Assembly (NCBI GenBank): GCA_963785755.1
Contig: CAWAXG010000002.1
Span: 817,128-881,127, forward strand
Direction: 5' to 3'
From: an uncultured Acidobacteriota bacterium
GTDB lineage: Bacteria > Acidobacteriota > Vicinamibacteria > Vicinamibacterales > 2-12-FULL-66-21
Length of the DNA: 64,000 nt
In this document: piece after piece, positions 48,113-57,955 of the stretch
Position numbering within the stretch: position 1 is the stretch's first letter
Layout of the letters: each line of letters opens with the position of its first letter
Notes under the pieces: model-generated
Told to the model about the DNA's origin: nothing
Databases searched by the model: none
Seen by the model: the letters and a program-made list of their open reading frames with translations, nothing else
Program-made: the position numbers and the translations under genes

Positions 48113-49243
48113 TCAGGATCGTCCGCCGGCACCGAAGACCCTGACGACGGCGTTGCGCAACACGTCGCGCCGGGGGTTCGTCACGAACGCCCAGGCGAGG
48201 AACCTCACCGCTGGCGGCAGGTTCGATCGGTCGCGCTGAGTGGAACCGGAGAACCACTGCGCCAGCGCGGCCTCGGGGTTCTGCCGCAGCTCGTCGACCT
48301 GCGCGACCCGGTGGACGCAGCCAATCGTGCAATGCGGTGCGCAGCTCTTCACGACGTGATACTCGCGCTGGAGGTCGGCCGGACCATACCGATCGAGCGG
48401 GATGCCCGGTTGGCCGCGCTGCTGCGAGCACCAGTGCACGAGCCCGTCTTCACAGATGTAGAGATAGCGGCCGCCGGCGCCGCAGTGCCAGTCGTTCGGC
48501 TGGCCGTCCGCAAGTCTCCGCTGGAACCGGTTGTAGTTCGCGAAGTCGAACACGCCTCTTCCCAGCGCCGCGACCTGTTCGAGGATCGCGCGCTGCCGAT
48601 CGTCGAGCCGCCGCAGCTGGCCGCTGTGGTCGTGGATGATGCCGACGGTCGTCGAAAAACCGAGCGCACGCGCCCGTTCGGCAATGACCAGCGCGTCGTC
48701 CGGGTTGCGGATGCCGCCGCCGACGACGGAGTTGATCGTCACGTCGAACGCGGCGTCCTCCGCGAGCCACCGCAGCTTCTGGTCGAGCACCTTGAGGCTC
48801 TTCTTCGACACGTCGTCTGGCAGGACGTTGTCGATGCTGATCTGCAGGTGGTCGAGCCCGGCGCGGTTCAGTCCCCGGATGCGGGCGCGGCTCAGGAGGT
48901 AGCCGTTCGTGATCAGCGTCGCGATCCGGCCGTGATGGCGAATCCGCGAGATGATCGCGTCGAGATCGGGATGGAGCAGCGGTTCACCGCCGCTGAGGGT
49001 GATGATCCCGGTACCGAGCTCCGCGAGCCGATCGACGCGGCCGAGCATCTCGGCGATCGGAACCGGCGCGGAATGATCGTCGAACTCGTTGCAGTACGTG
49101 CAGGACAGGTTGCAGCGCCGGACCGGGATGATGTGGGCGGCGACCGGCCGATACGGGTGCTTCAGGGCCCGGATGAACATCCGGGCCTCCCGGTATCGTT
49201 TGCGCGCTTTCCGAACCGTCCGCGTCAGCGGAACCAGATTCAC
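48113..49243 (-). CDS. radical SAM protein with C-terminal Cys-rich (SPASM/twitch-like) region
   Basis: GTG 49243 with GAGGGGG just upstream. CNLSCTYC (CxxxCxxC) and SGGEPLL. C-terminal CGAGGRYLYICEDGLVHWC (CX12GX4C) and CAPHCTIGC. Confidence 0.85.
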   Translation of the reverse strand: MNLVPLTRTVRKARKRYREARMFIRALKHPYRPVAAHIIPVRRCNLSCTYCNEFDDHSAPVPIAEMLGRVDRLAELGTGIITLSGGEPLLHPDLDAIISRIRHHGRIATLITNGYLLSRARIRGLNRAGLDHLQISIDNVLPDDVSKKSLKVLDQKLRWLAEDAAFDVTINSVVGGGIRNPDDALVIAERARALGFSTTVGIIHDHSGQLRRLDDRQRAILEQVAALGRGVFDFANYNRFQRRLADGQPNDWHCGAGGRYLYICEDGLVHWCSQQRGQPGIPLDRYGPADLQREYHVVKSCAPHCTIGCVHRVAQVDELRQNPEAALAQWFSGSTQRDRSNLPPAVRFLAWAFVTNPRRDVLRNAVVRVFGAGGRS

Positions 49244-49258
49244 GATTCCCCCTCGCTA

Positions 49259-50080
49259 TCATCCTCCAACTACCCCGGGCGAGGCGCGAGTCTTCCTGGC
49301 GAGCTGCCGGGTAACGGCAGGGCTGGTGAGCTCCTTGAGCGACTCCTTTCCGATCCAGCGCGCGGCGGCCTCGGGAGATTCCGACAGCCGCCGGGCGAGC
49401 GTCACGGCTTTCGCGTTGAGCGCCGCGTTCCGCCTTCCGACCGCGCGGAGCGCCCAGCTGACCCCTTTCTTGACGAAGTTGCGCTCGTCCGCAGCCGCGC
49501 GCTCGATGAGCGCCAGGCTCTCGACGAATGGCGCGTTATTCCCGCCCTTGTCGTGCAGGGCAAGGCTGGCCAGGAGCGCGAACGCCGCGCGCTTCTGGTA
49601 CTCGTCGCGCCTCCGGCTCCACTGCTCGACCTTGCCCCAGGCGTGGGGCGTTCTGTCGAACAAGTAGAAGCAGAGGGTGTCGGGGACGGCCCAGTTGTCG
49701 AAGTCGCGGCACCACCGGTCCATCTGGGCCGGTGTCACTCGCGAGGGCTCCTCCACGAACGATGTCAGCATGCGCGCCTCGTACCAGCCGGTGTCCCAGA
49801 GCGCGGCGGCGAGATCGTGATTCTTTCCCAGGCGCTTGCCCAGGGCCTGCATGTTGGTCATCGAGACGCCGAACGCCTTGTCCGCCGTAATGCCGAAGCG
49901 TGCCAGGTTCTCGAAGTCGCGTTTGGTCTTCATCTGCTCGAACGATGCGAGGACGAAATTCACCTGGTCCTCGATCGTCGATCGATCAGCGCCAGCCGTC
50001 CGGGTGCTCGCCGGTTTCGAGACCGGCTTTCTCGCCGTCTTCGCCTTCCCTGTCGCCTTCTTCGTCGTCTTCAACGGCAC
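49259..50080 (-). CDS. DNA alkylation repair enzyme family (AlkC/AlkD-type HEAT-like) protein with Lys-rich N-terminal tail
   Basis: 273 aa, GTG start. The body has WYEARMLTSF and RNFVKKGVSWALR-type repeats as I remember this family. N-terminal tail (M)PLKTTKKATGKAKTARKPVSKPASTRTAG. Confidence 0.75.
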   Translation of the reverse strand: MPLKTTKKATGKAKTARKPVSKPASTRTAGADRSTIEDQVNFVLASFEQMKTKRDFENLARFGITADKAFGVSMTNMQALGKRLGKNHDLAAALWDTGWYEARMLTSFVEEPSRVTPAQMDRWCRDFDNWAVPDTLCFYLFDRTPHAWGKVEQWSRRRDEYQKRAAFALLASLALHDKGGNNAPFVESLALIERAAADERNFVKKGVSWALRAVGRRNAALNAKAVTLARRLSESPEAAARWIGKESLKELTSPAVTRQLARKTRASPGVVGG

Positions 50081-50105
50081 ATTGGGAGTCCTCCTGACCT
50101 CCGCT

Positions 50106-50295
50106 CACCCGTGGGATAAGAATTCCGAGCATCTCCAGAACCCGGCCGACGACGGCGCTGCCGCGCTGCACGACGGCACGACGGCACGATGTAGAGGTTT
50201 TCAACAGATCCTTCGTGAACTTCGTGACGTCGTGCCGTCGTGCGGCGCGAAGCGCAACTCGTATTTTCTGGGCAGTTGGGAGTTTTCACTGCTGG
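50106..50295 (-). repeat. Type I intergenic mosaic element, copy 4
   Basis: Colinear with 25636-25822. Arms GCACGACGGCACGACGGCACGA (50168-50189) and TCGTGACGTCGTGCCGTCGTGC (50222-50243) are complementary except at two positions. GCGGCGCGAAGCGCAACTCGTATTTTCTGGGCAGTTGGGAG tail. Confidence 0.85.
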
Positions 50296-50303
50296 GATTT
50301 CTG

Positions 50304-51773
50304 CTATTGTCGGCGCAGGCGCAACGCGATATCCGACGTGAAGGTGGGCGCCTCCACGGTGCGAATGCCGCCGCCGTCCACCCGAGCCTGTCGAACGACC
50401 GTTCCCAGCTTCGTGTCGACCCATTCGCCCTGCCACGCTCCGTCCGCGAGATCGACCTGCAAGACCGCCGGACCGATCGGATCGCCGCCAGTTCCGCGCA
50501 GGTAGATGGCGATCGCGCGGCCACGCTCGACCAGCGCGCGTGCCGTGACACCGGCCGGAACGCCTCCCTTGATCACGGCGTTGTCGGGCGACATCCGGAT
50601 GAAATCGAACCCGTTGATGAAGTCGCTCAGAATCTTCAGCTGCCGCCGCAGCGCGCGGCTGCCGCCGCCGGGCTGCGAAGCGGGATAGGCAAAGGTCCCC
50701 GCCTCTTCCCCTGCGGCAAACGAGTAATCGAGATTGTTGTAGAGACCGCCGCCCGCGAGGATGAAATCCCAGGCCTCGGTCCGATACGGCTCGTCAGCCA
50801 CGCCGCGGAACCCGGTCTCATCGTCGCCGATCACGCGGTTGAGGCCGTAATTGATCCCCACGGTGTCCGGCGGCGTCGCGTAATGGAAGTTGAAGATCGA
50901 GACCGCGGGATGAGGATTCTCGATTCTCGCGGACTTGTTGGCGATGTTCTGCGCGATGAGATGCTTTACCGGCAGGCCGCGCTCGGTGTCGACGATGACG
51001 TCGGCGATGCGGTGTTGCCAGGCGAGCGTCACGCCGCCGAAATACGGCTCGTTGCAGATCTCGAAGAAGAGATTCGCGAACCCATTCAGCTCGGTGACGA
51101 GCTTGCGCGTCAGCGATTCCTGTACGGCGAGCAATCCGCCATGCCGATCGAGCGTATAGACGTCGGTCCTGACAACTGTGCCCACGCCATTGACGTTGTT
51201 CGCGGCATTCATCGGACTGAGCTTCCACTGCATGTCCTCGTACATCGGACAGAACAGCGTCAGCTCGACGATCACGTTCTTGCTCGCCGCGTAAGCGATG
51301 AAATCCTTGAGCCTTGCGAAGTAGGCGTCATCCCAGCGGGTGAGATCGAACTTGTTGCCGCCGTTCGCATACCCTGGCTGTGTGCTGCGCGCCCAGGGCG
51401 CGATGAACCGGCCCGCCGCCGGCGCCAGGGTGTTGCGGGCAATCTTGAAGGCGCCTTCGGGCTCGACGTAGGCGCCGCTGAAGACCCGCGTGTAGTTCAT
51501 GCCGTCAGCGGCCAGCGTGTCGAGATACCGGCGATAGTCGAAGTCCAGGTTCATCACGGCGCCATAGTGCTCGGCCGAGGTGATGAGGATGGTGGGGCGC
51601 CCCTGCCACAGAAAGTAGTGGGGGTTCTCGGGATGGAGTGCGAGCGGCGCGGCCGCCACCAACTGCGCCTCGGCGGCTCGAGCCGCGCCATGACCGGCGG
51701 GGAGGCCGCCGATCGCTCCGAGTGCGACCATCGCCGAGATGGCGAGGATGGGCCGCACGAACGAGTGCTTCAT
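50304..51773 (-). CDS. secreted glycoside-hydrolase-like protein (clan GH-A / GH5-like look)
   Basis: ORF 50304..51812. ATG 51773 gives signal-like MKHSFVRPILAISAMVALGAIG. FFEICNEPYFG (NEP motif). Confidence 0.6.
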   Translation of the reverse strand: MKHSFVRPILAISAMVALGAIGGLPAGHGAARAAEAQLVAAAPLALHPENPHYFLWQGRPTILITSAEHYGAVMNLDFDYRRYLDTLAADGMNYTRVFSGAYVEPEGAFKIARNTLAPAAGRFIAPWARSTQPGYANGGNKFDLTRWDDAYFARLKDFIAYAASKNVIVELTLFCPMYEDMQWKLSPMNAANNVNGVGTVVRTDVYTLDRHGGLLAVQESLTRKLVTELNGFANLFFEICNEPYFGGVTLAWQHRIADVIVDTERGLPVKHLIAQNIANKSARIENPHPAVSIFNFHYATPPDTVGINYGLNRVIGDDETGFRGVADEPYRTEAWDFILAGGGLYNNLDYSFAAGEEAGTFAYPASQPGGGSRALRRQLKILSDFINGFDFIRMSPDNAVIKGGVPAGVTARALVERGRAIAIYLRGTGGDPIGPAVLQVDLADGAWQGEWVDTKLGTVVRQARVDGGGIRTVEAPTFTSDIALRLRRQ

Positions 51774-51900
51774 GCCGTCGCGGATCCTTTGAGGCATCCA
51801 GTCGAGGCACATGGTAACTCTCTTTGGAACAGCGGAGAGTTCGCCTTCCCGCTGTAAGCCGGTGTCATCTTCCGGCTAAAGGGCCCGGACCACGGATAGG

Positions 51901-53475
51901 TCACGTCTTTCGATCGACCCCCCGCAGTTTATAGCGCTGTACTTTTCCCGTAGCCGTCCTGGGCAGCGCGTCGATGAACTCTACCCAGCGCGGATACTTA
52001 TGGGGGGCGAGACGCGCCTTCACCCATCCTTTGAGCTCCGCCTCTAGTTCGATCGACCCCTGCTGGCCATTTCGCAGCACCACGAATGCCTTCGGCTTTA
52101 CGAGGTGGTCGTCGTCCTCGCGAGCCACGACCGCCGCTTCCAGCACGAGCCTATGGGCAACGAGGCAAGCCTCGACCTCGAACGGCGAGACCCAGATGCC
52201 GCTCACCTTCAACATGTCGTCAGTGCGGCCAGCGTAATGAAAATAGCCCGCTTCGTCGACGAAGTACTTGTCACCCGTGCGCGTCCACGGCCCATGGAAC
52301 GTCGACAGCGTGCGTTGCCTTTGATTCCAATAGGCAACCGCCGCCGACGGTCCGCTGACGAGCAGCTCGCCAAGCTCGCCTTGTTGAACGTCGCGTCCGG
52401 ACTCGTCGACGACTCGAAGCTCGTAACCGGTGACCGGCTTTCCGGAAGTGCCATAGCGAACGTCGCCGGGACGGTTGCTCAGAAAAATGTGGAGCATCTC
52501 CGTCGAACCGAGACCGTCGAGAATATCGATGCCGAAGCACGCTCTCCAGCGCTCGCCGATATCGGCGGGCAGCGCCTCGCCCGCGGATATGCAGGCCCGG
52601 AGCCGATTCCCCTCGCGTAAAGGGTCGAGCGCGGGGTCGGCGAGCAGGGATGCGTAGAGCGTGGGGACGCCTCCAAACAGTGTCGGAGAATGCTCGCGCA
52701 AGACGGCGCGCACCAACGCCGGCGTTGGCCGGTCGGGAACAAGGACGGTCGTCGCGCCCACTTGCATCGGAAATGTCATTCCATTTCCAAGGCCGTACGC
52801 AAAAAAGAGCTTCGCTGCCGAGAAGATGACGTCGTCCTCACGAATTCCGAGGATGCCCTGCCCGTACAGCGCAGCCGTTTGCACCAGACTCGAGTGTAGG
52901 TGCATCGCGGCTTTGGGCGCGCCCGTCGATCCCGAGGAATACAGCCAGAACCCGACGTCGTCGCACGTGGTGTCGGCTGCCGCGAGCTCCGTCGGTTGCT
53001 CGTCGAGTACGTCATCGAGCCGCACGTGGCCGTGCCGTTCGCCAGCACCGGCGACGAGCACACATTGGAGAGAGTCGAGCCCTTCGAGCGCAGGAGCAAT
53101 CTTTGGATGAAGGTCGGCCGTCACGACCAGAACACGCGCGCGGCTGTCGCGCAGCATGTAGGCATAGTCTTCCGTCGTCAACAGGGTGTTGAGCGGAACC
53201 GGCACGGCCCCGATTTTGATCGCGCCCCAAAAGACCGTCGGGAAATCGATCGTGTCTTTCAAGCAAAGCGCGACACGCTGCTCCTGCTCGACGCCGCGCG
53301 ATCGGAGCGCGTGGCCGGCGCGGGCGACGCCGGAGGCCAGCTCTCCGTACGTCGTGCGACCTCGATCGTGAATGAACGCCACCTTCGACCCACGCCCTTC
53401 ACGCACGTGACGATCGACGAAATGCTGGGCCGCGTTGTACTTGCGCGGGATCTCGAAAGGCAGGAGGGACGTCAT
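51901..53475 (-). CDS. AMP-dependent aryl-CoA ligase (benzoate / hydroxybenzoate-CoA ligase-like)
   Basis: 524 aa. AMP-binding motif LYSSGSTGAPKA; N-terminus FEIPRKYNAAQHFVDRH and a layout like benzoate-CoA ligases. Confidence 0.8.
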   Translation of the reverse strand: MTSLLPFEIPRKYNAAQHFVDRHVREGRGSKVAFIHDRGRTTYGELASGVARAGHALRSRGVEQEQRVALCLKDTIDFPTVFWGAIKIGAVPVPLNTLLTTEDYAYMLRDSRARVLVVTADLHPKIAPALEGLDSLQCVLVAGAGERHGHVRLDDVLDEQPTELAAADTTCDDVGFWLYSSGSTGAPKAAMHLHSSLVQTAALYGQGILGIREDDVIFSAAKLFFAYGLGNGMTFPMQVGATTVLVPDRPTPALVRAVLREHSPTLFGGVPTLYASLLADPALDPLREGNRLRACISAGEALPADIGERWRACFGIDILDGLGSTEMLHIFLSNRPGDVRYGTSGKPVTGYELRVVDESGRDVQQGELGELLVSGPSAAVAYWNQRQRTLSTFHGPWTRTGDKYFVDEAGYFHYAGRTDDMLKVSGIWVSPFEVEACLVAHRLVLEAAVVAREDDDHLVKPKAFVVLRNGQQGSIELEAELKGWVKARLAPHKYPRWVEFIDALPRTATGKVQRYKLRGVDRKT

Positions 53476-53500
53476 ACTTGCTACTTGTTACATGCCTTCT

Positions 53501-54784
53501 TCAAAAAAACAGATAGCAGATAACCGCGCCGACGACCGCCATCGACAGGCCCCAGGCAAGGAGCTTGTTGAACAAGGTGCGGCTGTCGTCGGCCGTCGTG
53601 CCGACCAGGCACAGCGCCCCCATTGTCGACAACGGCGACACATCGACGAGATGACCGCCAACGTTCATCGAGGTGGCAATGGCAATGGGGCTGGCGCCGG
53701 GGAGCGCTGCCGCGAGGCCGGGAACCATCGGAAGGAACGCGGGCAGCACGACTGCCGACGTGCTGCTGTACACGGAGACGAGCCCGGTGAGAAACGCAAT
53801 GACGCCCGTGACCGTGCTCGGGGACGCGATCTTCGTGACCAGCGAGACCATCAGGTCGATACCTTGCGCACGCTCGACGAGTGAGACGAGCACCGTCACG
53901 CCGCACACCATGACGATCACCCGCCACGGCATGCGCTTGATCGCTTCCCCGTCATCCGCCGATCTGGTCAGCACGAGCAGCACGGACCCGGCGAACGCGG
54001 CCATGCCGACGTTGGCCTTGCCGATCACCACGCCCAGAATCACCGCGCCGATGATGCCGATCGTGATCCAGTGACGCCGGTCGAAACCAGGCGGAGTACC
54101 GTCACCCGCTGCCGCTGACGCAATGCGCGATGACGCAGGAGTCAGCGACTCGGCCTCCACCGGCGGCGCGGTCCCCCCTCGAAACAGCTTCAGGCCTCCG
54201 AAGAGCACGTAGCCGGCGAACGCGACAAACGCGTGCGCAAGCAGGTTGTAGACGTATGTCTGCCATTCGAATCCGGGCATCCCGTTGCGCGCCATGATCC
54301 CGTTCACGATGATGCCGGTCGGCGCAAACGGCGACAGCCCCCCCGAGTTCGCGCCGTTGCCAACCATGATGGCCATCAGGAACAGCGGAATACCGACTCG
54401 CGCGGCAGTCGCCATGGCCAACGGCGCGAGGAGCGCGGCGGTGGCGATGTTGCCCGGTCCCATCGACGCCAGGGCCGCCCCGAGCAGAAAGAACATCACC
54501 GGAATGGTGCCGAGATTGCCGCGACAGACGCGGATGGCCTGGCGAGTGATGCGCTCGAGCGTGCCGTTGGTGTCCGCGAGCGCGAACAGCAGCGTGACGC
54601 CAGTCAGCGTGAGGAAGAGCTGACTCGGAAAGCCGCTCATGACGGTGTTGACCGGCATTCCGCCGATGTAGACCCCGACAATCCAGGCGAGCGCCAGAGC
54701 GAGGACACCGACATTCAACCGGCTGAAGCAGCTGACGATGACGGCGAGCGCGAGCGCGCACACCGAGATGATGGCGAGATTCAC
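53501..54784 (-). CDS. anion permease (ArsB/NhaD/CitMHS-type superfamily)
   Basis: In-frame GTG 54784 overlaps the TGA of ORF 54781..57702 (GTGA). About 427 aa, two clusters of hydrophobic segments separated by a hydrophilic loop, ends ...VVGAVICYLFF. Confidence 0.75.
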   Translation of the reverse strand: MNLAIISVCALALAVIVSCFSRLNVGVLALALAWIVGVYIGGMPVNTVMSGFPSQLFLTLTGVTLLFALADTNGTLERITRQAIRVCRGNLGTIPVMFFLLGAALASMGPGNIATAALLAPLAMATAARVGIPLFLMAIMVGNGANSGGLSPFAPTGIIVNGIMARNGMPGFEWQTYVYNLLAHAFVAFAGYVLFGGLKLFRGGTAPPVEAESLTPASSRIASAAAGDGTPPGFDRRHWITIGIIGAVILGVVIGKANVGMAAFAGSVLLVLTRSADDGEAIKRMPWRVIVMVCGVTVLVSLVERAQGIDLMVSLVTKIASPSTVTGVIAFLTGLVSVYSSTSAVVLPAFLPMVPGLAAALPGASPIAIATSMNVGGHLVDVSPLSTMGALCLVGTTADDSRTLFNKLLAWGLSMAVVGAVICYLFF

Positions 54785-57721
54785 GCTGGCTCCTGAACGA
54801 GTGACCGGATCAATTCGGCCGGATGCATCGCGCGCACCTCGGTGAAGTCGGCAATCTGGTGCCGGCATGAAGTACCGCCCGCGGCAAGGATCGAATTCGC
54901 GTCGAGCTGACGCGCGGCGGGAAGCAGTCGGCGCTCTCCGATCGCGCGGGACACCTCGAAATGGTCGCGGCCGTAGCCGAACGATCCAGCCATCCCGCAG
55001 CATCCCGCGTCCAGATCGACGACCGTCGCTCCTGGAACTCGAGCGAGCAGCGCCCTGGCCGGGCCGACGCGGCCCATGGCTTTCTGGTGGCAATGACCGT
55101 GGAGAAGAATGCGGGACGGCCCGGTGCGCAGTTCGAGCATCGCCGGCGCGGCCTGCCACTCGCTTTCGAGAAACTCTTCGAACAGCACCGACCGTTCGGC
55201 AACACGCTGCGCCCGCCGCTGGTCGTCGCCCCGGAGCAGTGACGGGATGTCCTCGCGAACGGCGGAGAGACAGCTGGGTTCGAAGAACACGATCGGCACT
55301 CCATGCTCGGCCAGCGGATAGAGCTCGCTGGTCGTGAATCCGGCCTGGCGGCGCGCGGCTCCGAGGAGGCCCTGCGAAATGAAGGGCCGCCCGCAGCATG
55401 AGGACGGGGCGAGCTCGACGGTGAATCCCGCCATTTCGAGCACTTCCAGGCCGGCCATCCCGATCGATGGCGAGTAGAAGTTCGTGAACGTGTCGTTGAA
55501 GATTGCCACCCGGCGATCCGCACTCGTGCTCCGGCCTCGCCGGCGGCGTGGCCCGCGCCCGGGCCGTCCCTGCGCGACGCGCGCAAACGTTCGCGATGCC
55601 CACGCCGGCGGCATGCGGCGGCTGTCAATCCCGAGGAGTCGTTCGTTCAGCCAGCGCATCGGTCCGCTGCGCGCCACGACGTTCGACAGCGGCGCAAAAC
55701 GGCTGCCCCATCGGGACAGATCGTGGATGTGTCCGAGCATGTGGGCACGCAACGACGTGCCATGACGGCGCCAGTAGTCGGCGAGGAACTCGCTCTTGAA
55801 ACGGGCGACGTCGACGCCCACCGGACACTCGGCCTTGCACGCGCGGCATTCGAGACAGAGATCGAGCACCGCGCGAACACCCTCGTCGCCGAGGCCGGCC
55901 TCGTCGATTCGGCCGGCCATCGCCAGCCGCAGGACGTTCGCCCGCCCGCGCGTCGAGTGCGCTTCCTCACGCGTCGCCATATACGACGGGCACATCGTCC
56001 CGTCCAGCGTCTTGCGGCAAGCGCCGAGCCCGCTGCACATCTCGATGGCCCCGGGCAGCCCGCCGTGCTCCGAATAGTCGAAGAACGTGACCGGCTGGAG
56101 GGTGCGATACGCAGGCCCATACCTCAGATTGGCGGTCAGCGGCGGCGCGTCCACGATCTTGCCGGGATTGAAGATGCCGTCGGGATCGAACGTCTTCTTG
56201 ACGCGGCGGAAGGCGTCATAGAGGACGGGCCCGAACATCTTCTCCATGAAGGGACTGCGAACCAGACCGTCGCCGTGCTCACCGGACAGCGCGCCGCCGA
56301 ACGCCAGCACCAGATCGGCACTGGCCGACGCGATCGACTCGAACTGCCGGACACCCGCCTCTGTCTTCAGGTTGACGACCGGCCGTACGTGCAGACATCC
56401 GACCGATGCGTGCGCGTAGACGCCTGCAGAGGTGCCGTGCCGCTGCACCATCGCGAGAAACTGGTCGATGTAGTCGCGCAGCTTGTCCGGCGCGACGGCG
56501 GTATCCTCGACGAACGAGAGCGACTTGGCATCACCTTTCATCGCCATCGAGAGGCCGAGCGCGGCTTCTCGAACCGACCAGATGGCGCTCTGTGCCGACC
56601 CGTCCACCGCGCGATGGTAGCGATACCCGAATCGCCGCGCGGCGAGATCGTGCTCGAGCGCGTCGAGACGGCGCGGCAGATCGTCGGCGGTGTCCGCGTA
56701 GAACTCCACGCAGAGGAGCGCCGCCGGCTCCCCTTCGATGAACGTCCGCCGCAGCCGGTCGAGCGCCGGACTCTGCTTCGTGTGATCGAGGATGAACCGA
56801 TCCATGACTTCGACGGCCGACGGTCCATGCCCGAGGATGGCCGGCGTCGCCGCGAGCGCGTCGAGCAGATCGGCGAACTGAATCGCCAGCACTGCCTTGA
56901 ATTTCGGCAGCGGCACGAGCCCGATCTTGGCTTCCAGGACGACGCCGAGGGTGCCTTCGGAGCCGACCATCAGCTTCGTCATGTTGAACGGCCGGTCGCG
57001 GGAGACGAACGCATCCAGGTTGTATCCGCCAACTCGGCGCAGCACCTTCGGATAGTGGCGTTCGATCTCCCCGACGCACGCGCTCACCGTGGCGCGGACC
57101 TCGCGGTAACACGCGCCCTCGAGCGTGTCCCTGGCGCACACATCATCGAGCTCGTTCGCGTCGAGCGGGCGAAAATGGGCCAGCGATCCGTCCGACAGCA
57201 CGACCTGCTGTTCGATTACGTGATCGATGGTCTTCCCATAAAGCACCGAGCGGGCGCCCGCCGAGTTGTTGGCCATCATCCCGCCGATCGTGGCGCGGCT
57301 GGCGGTCGAGATGTCCGGCGCGAAGCGAAGGCCGTCCTGCCGGAGCATCGCGTTCAGCTCGTCGAGCACGATGCCGGGCTCGACGCGCGCCCAGCGCTCC
57401 GACCTGTTCACCTCGAGCACGCGGTTGAAGTACTTCGAGGTGTCGACGATGAGGCCGCTGCCGATCGCTTGACCCGCCTGCGAGGTGCCGCCGCCTCTCA
57501 TCGTGATCGGACACCGGTGTCTGCTGCAGGCCTGCACGACGCGAATGACGTCTTCGCGGGATTTCACGACCACGACGCCCAGCGGTTCGATCTGATAGAC
57601 GCTGGCGTCGGTGGAGTGACAGCGCCCGCGTAATCTCGTCGAAGCGCACTTCGCCTTCGATCTCGTGTTCGAGGTCGCGGCGGAGGGCGCCGACGTCGAC
57701 ATGTGTGAGCGCTGCGGTCAT
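54781..57721 (-). CDS. FAD-binding (GlcD-like) oxidase fused to Fe-S / CCG-domain (GlcF-like) module (one frame change near the 5' end)
   Basis: 54781..57702 plus the first ~34 codons in the 57143..57754 frame (MTAALTHVDVGALRRDLEHEIEGEVRFDEITRAL then (Y)STDASVYQIEPLG); switch at ~57617. MRGGGTSQAGQ, CLECRACKAECP, and C-terminal Cys-rich CCG-type repeats. Confidence 0.8.
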
Positions 57722-57733
57722 GCAGGACGGCCG

Positions 57734-57762
57734 ATTATGGGCGCTGACGCTCATCGGTTCAA
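57734..57762 (-). promoter_or_regulatory. candidate promoter of the FAD/Fe-S oxidase gene (short leader)
   Basis: The minus strand reads TTGAAC (57762-57757), a 17-nt spacer, then CATAAT (57739-57734). The ATG at 57721 is only ~12 nt after the -10. The -35 is the outermost repeat unit of the palindrome. Confidence 0.35.
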
Positions 57763-57931
57763 GGGTTCAGGGGTTCAAGGGTTCAGGGGTTCGGGTTCAA
57801 GGGTTCAGAGGTTCAGGAGGTTCAGCGAGCCGTTCGAAGATTCGAAGAATTCAGCCGCTCGCTGAACCTCCGAACCTCTGAACTCTTGAACCCGAACCTC
57901 TGAACCCTCTGAACCCTTGAACTCTTGAACC
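57756..57931. repeat. ~175-bp near-perfect palindrome built from GGTTCA(A/G)G units
   Basis: Left arm 57756-57830 (ggttcaa gggttcag gggttcaa gggttcag gggttcg ggttcaa gggttcag aggttcag gaggttcag cgagc). Centre CGTTCGAAGATTCGAAGAATTCAGCC. Right arm 57857-57931 is its reverse complement apart from a few substitutions and 1-nt indels. Confidence 0.9.
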
Positions 57932-57945
57932 GACGAGCGTAAGTT
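57917..57945 (+). promoter_or_regulatory. candidate promoter of the class V aminotransferase gene (short leader)
   Basis: TTGAAC (57917-57922), a 17-nt spacer, then TAAGTT (57940-57945); ATG at 57956. Mirror image of the arrangement on the other side of the palindrome. Confidence 0.35.
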
Positions 57946-57955
57946 ACGATCGTGC

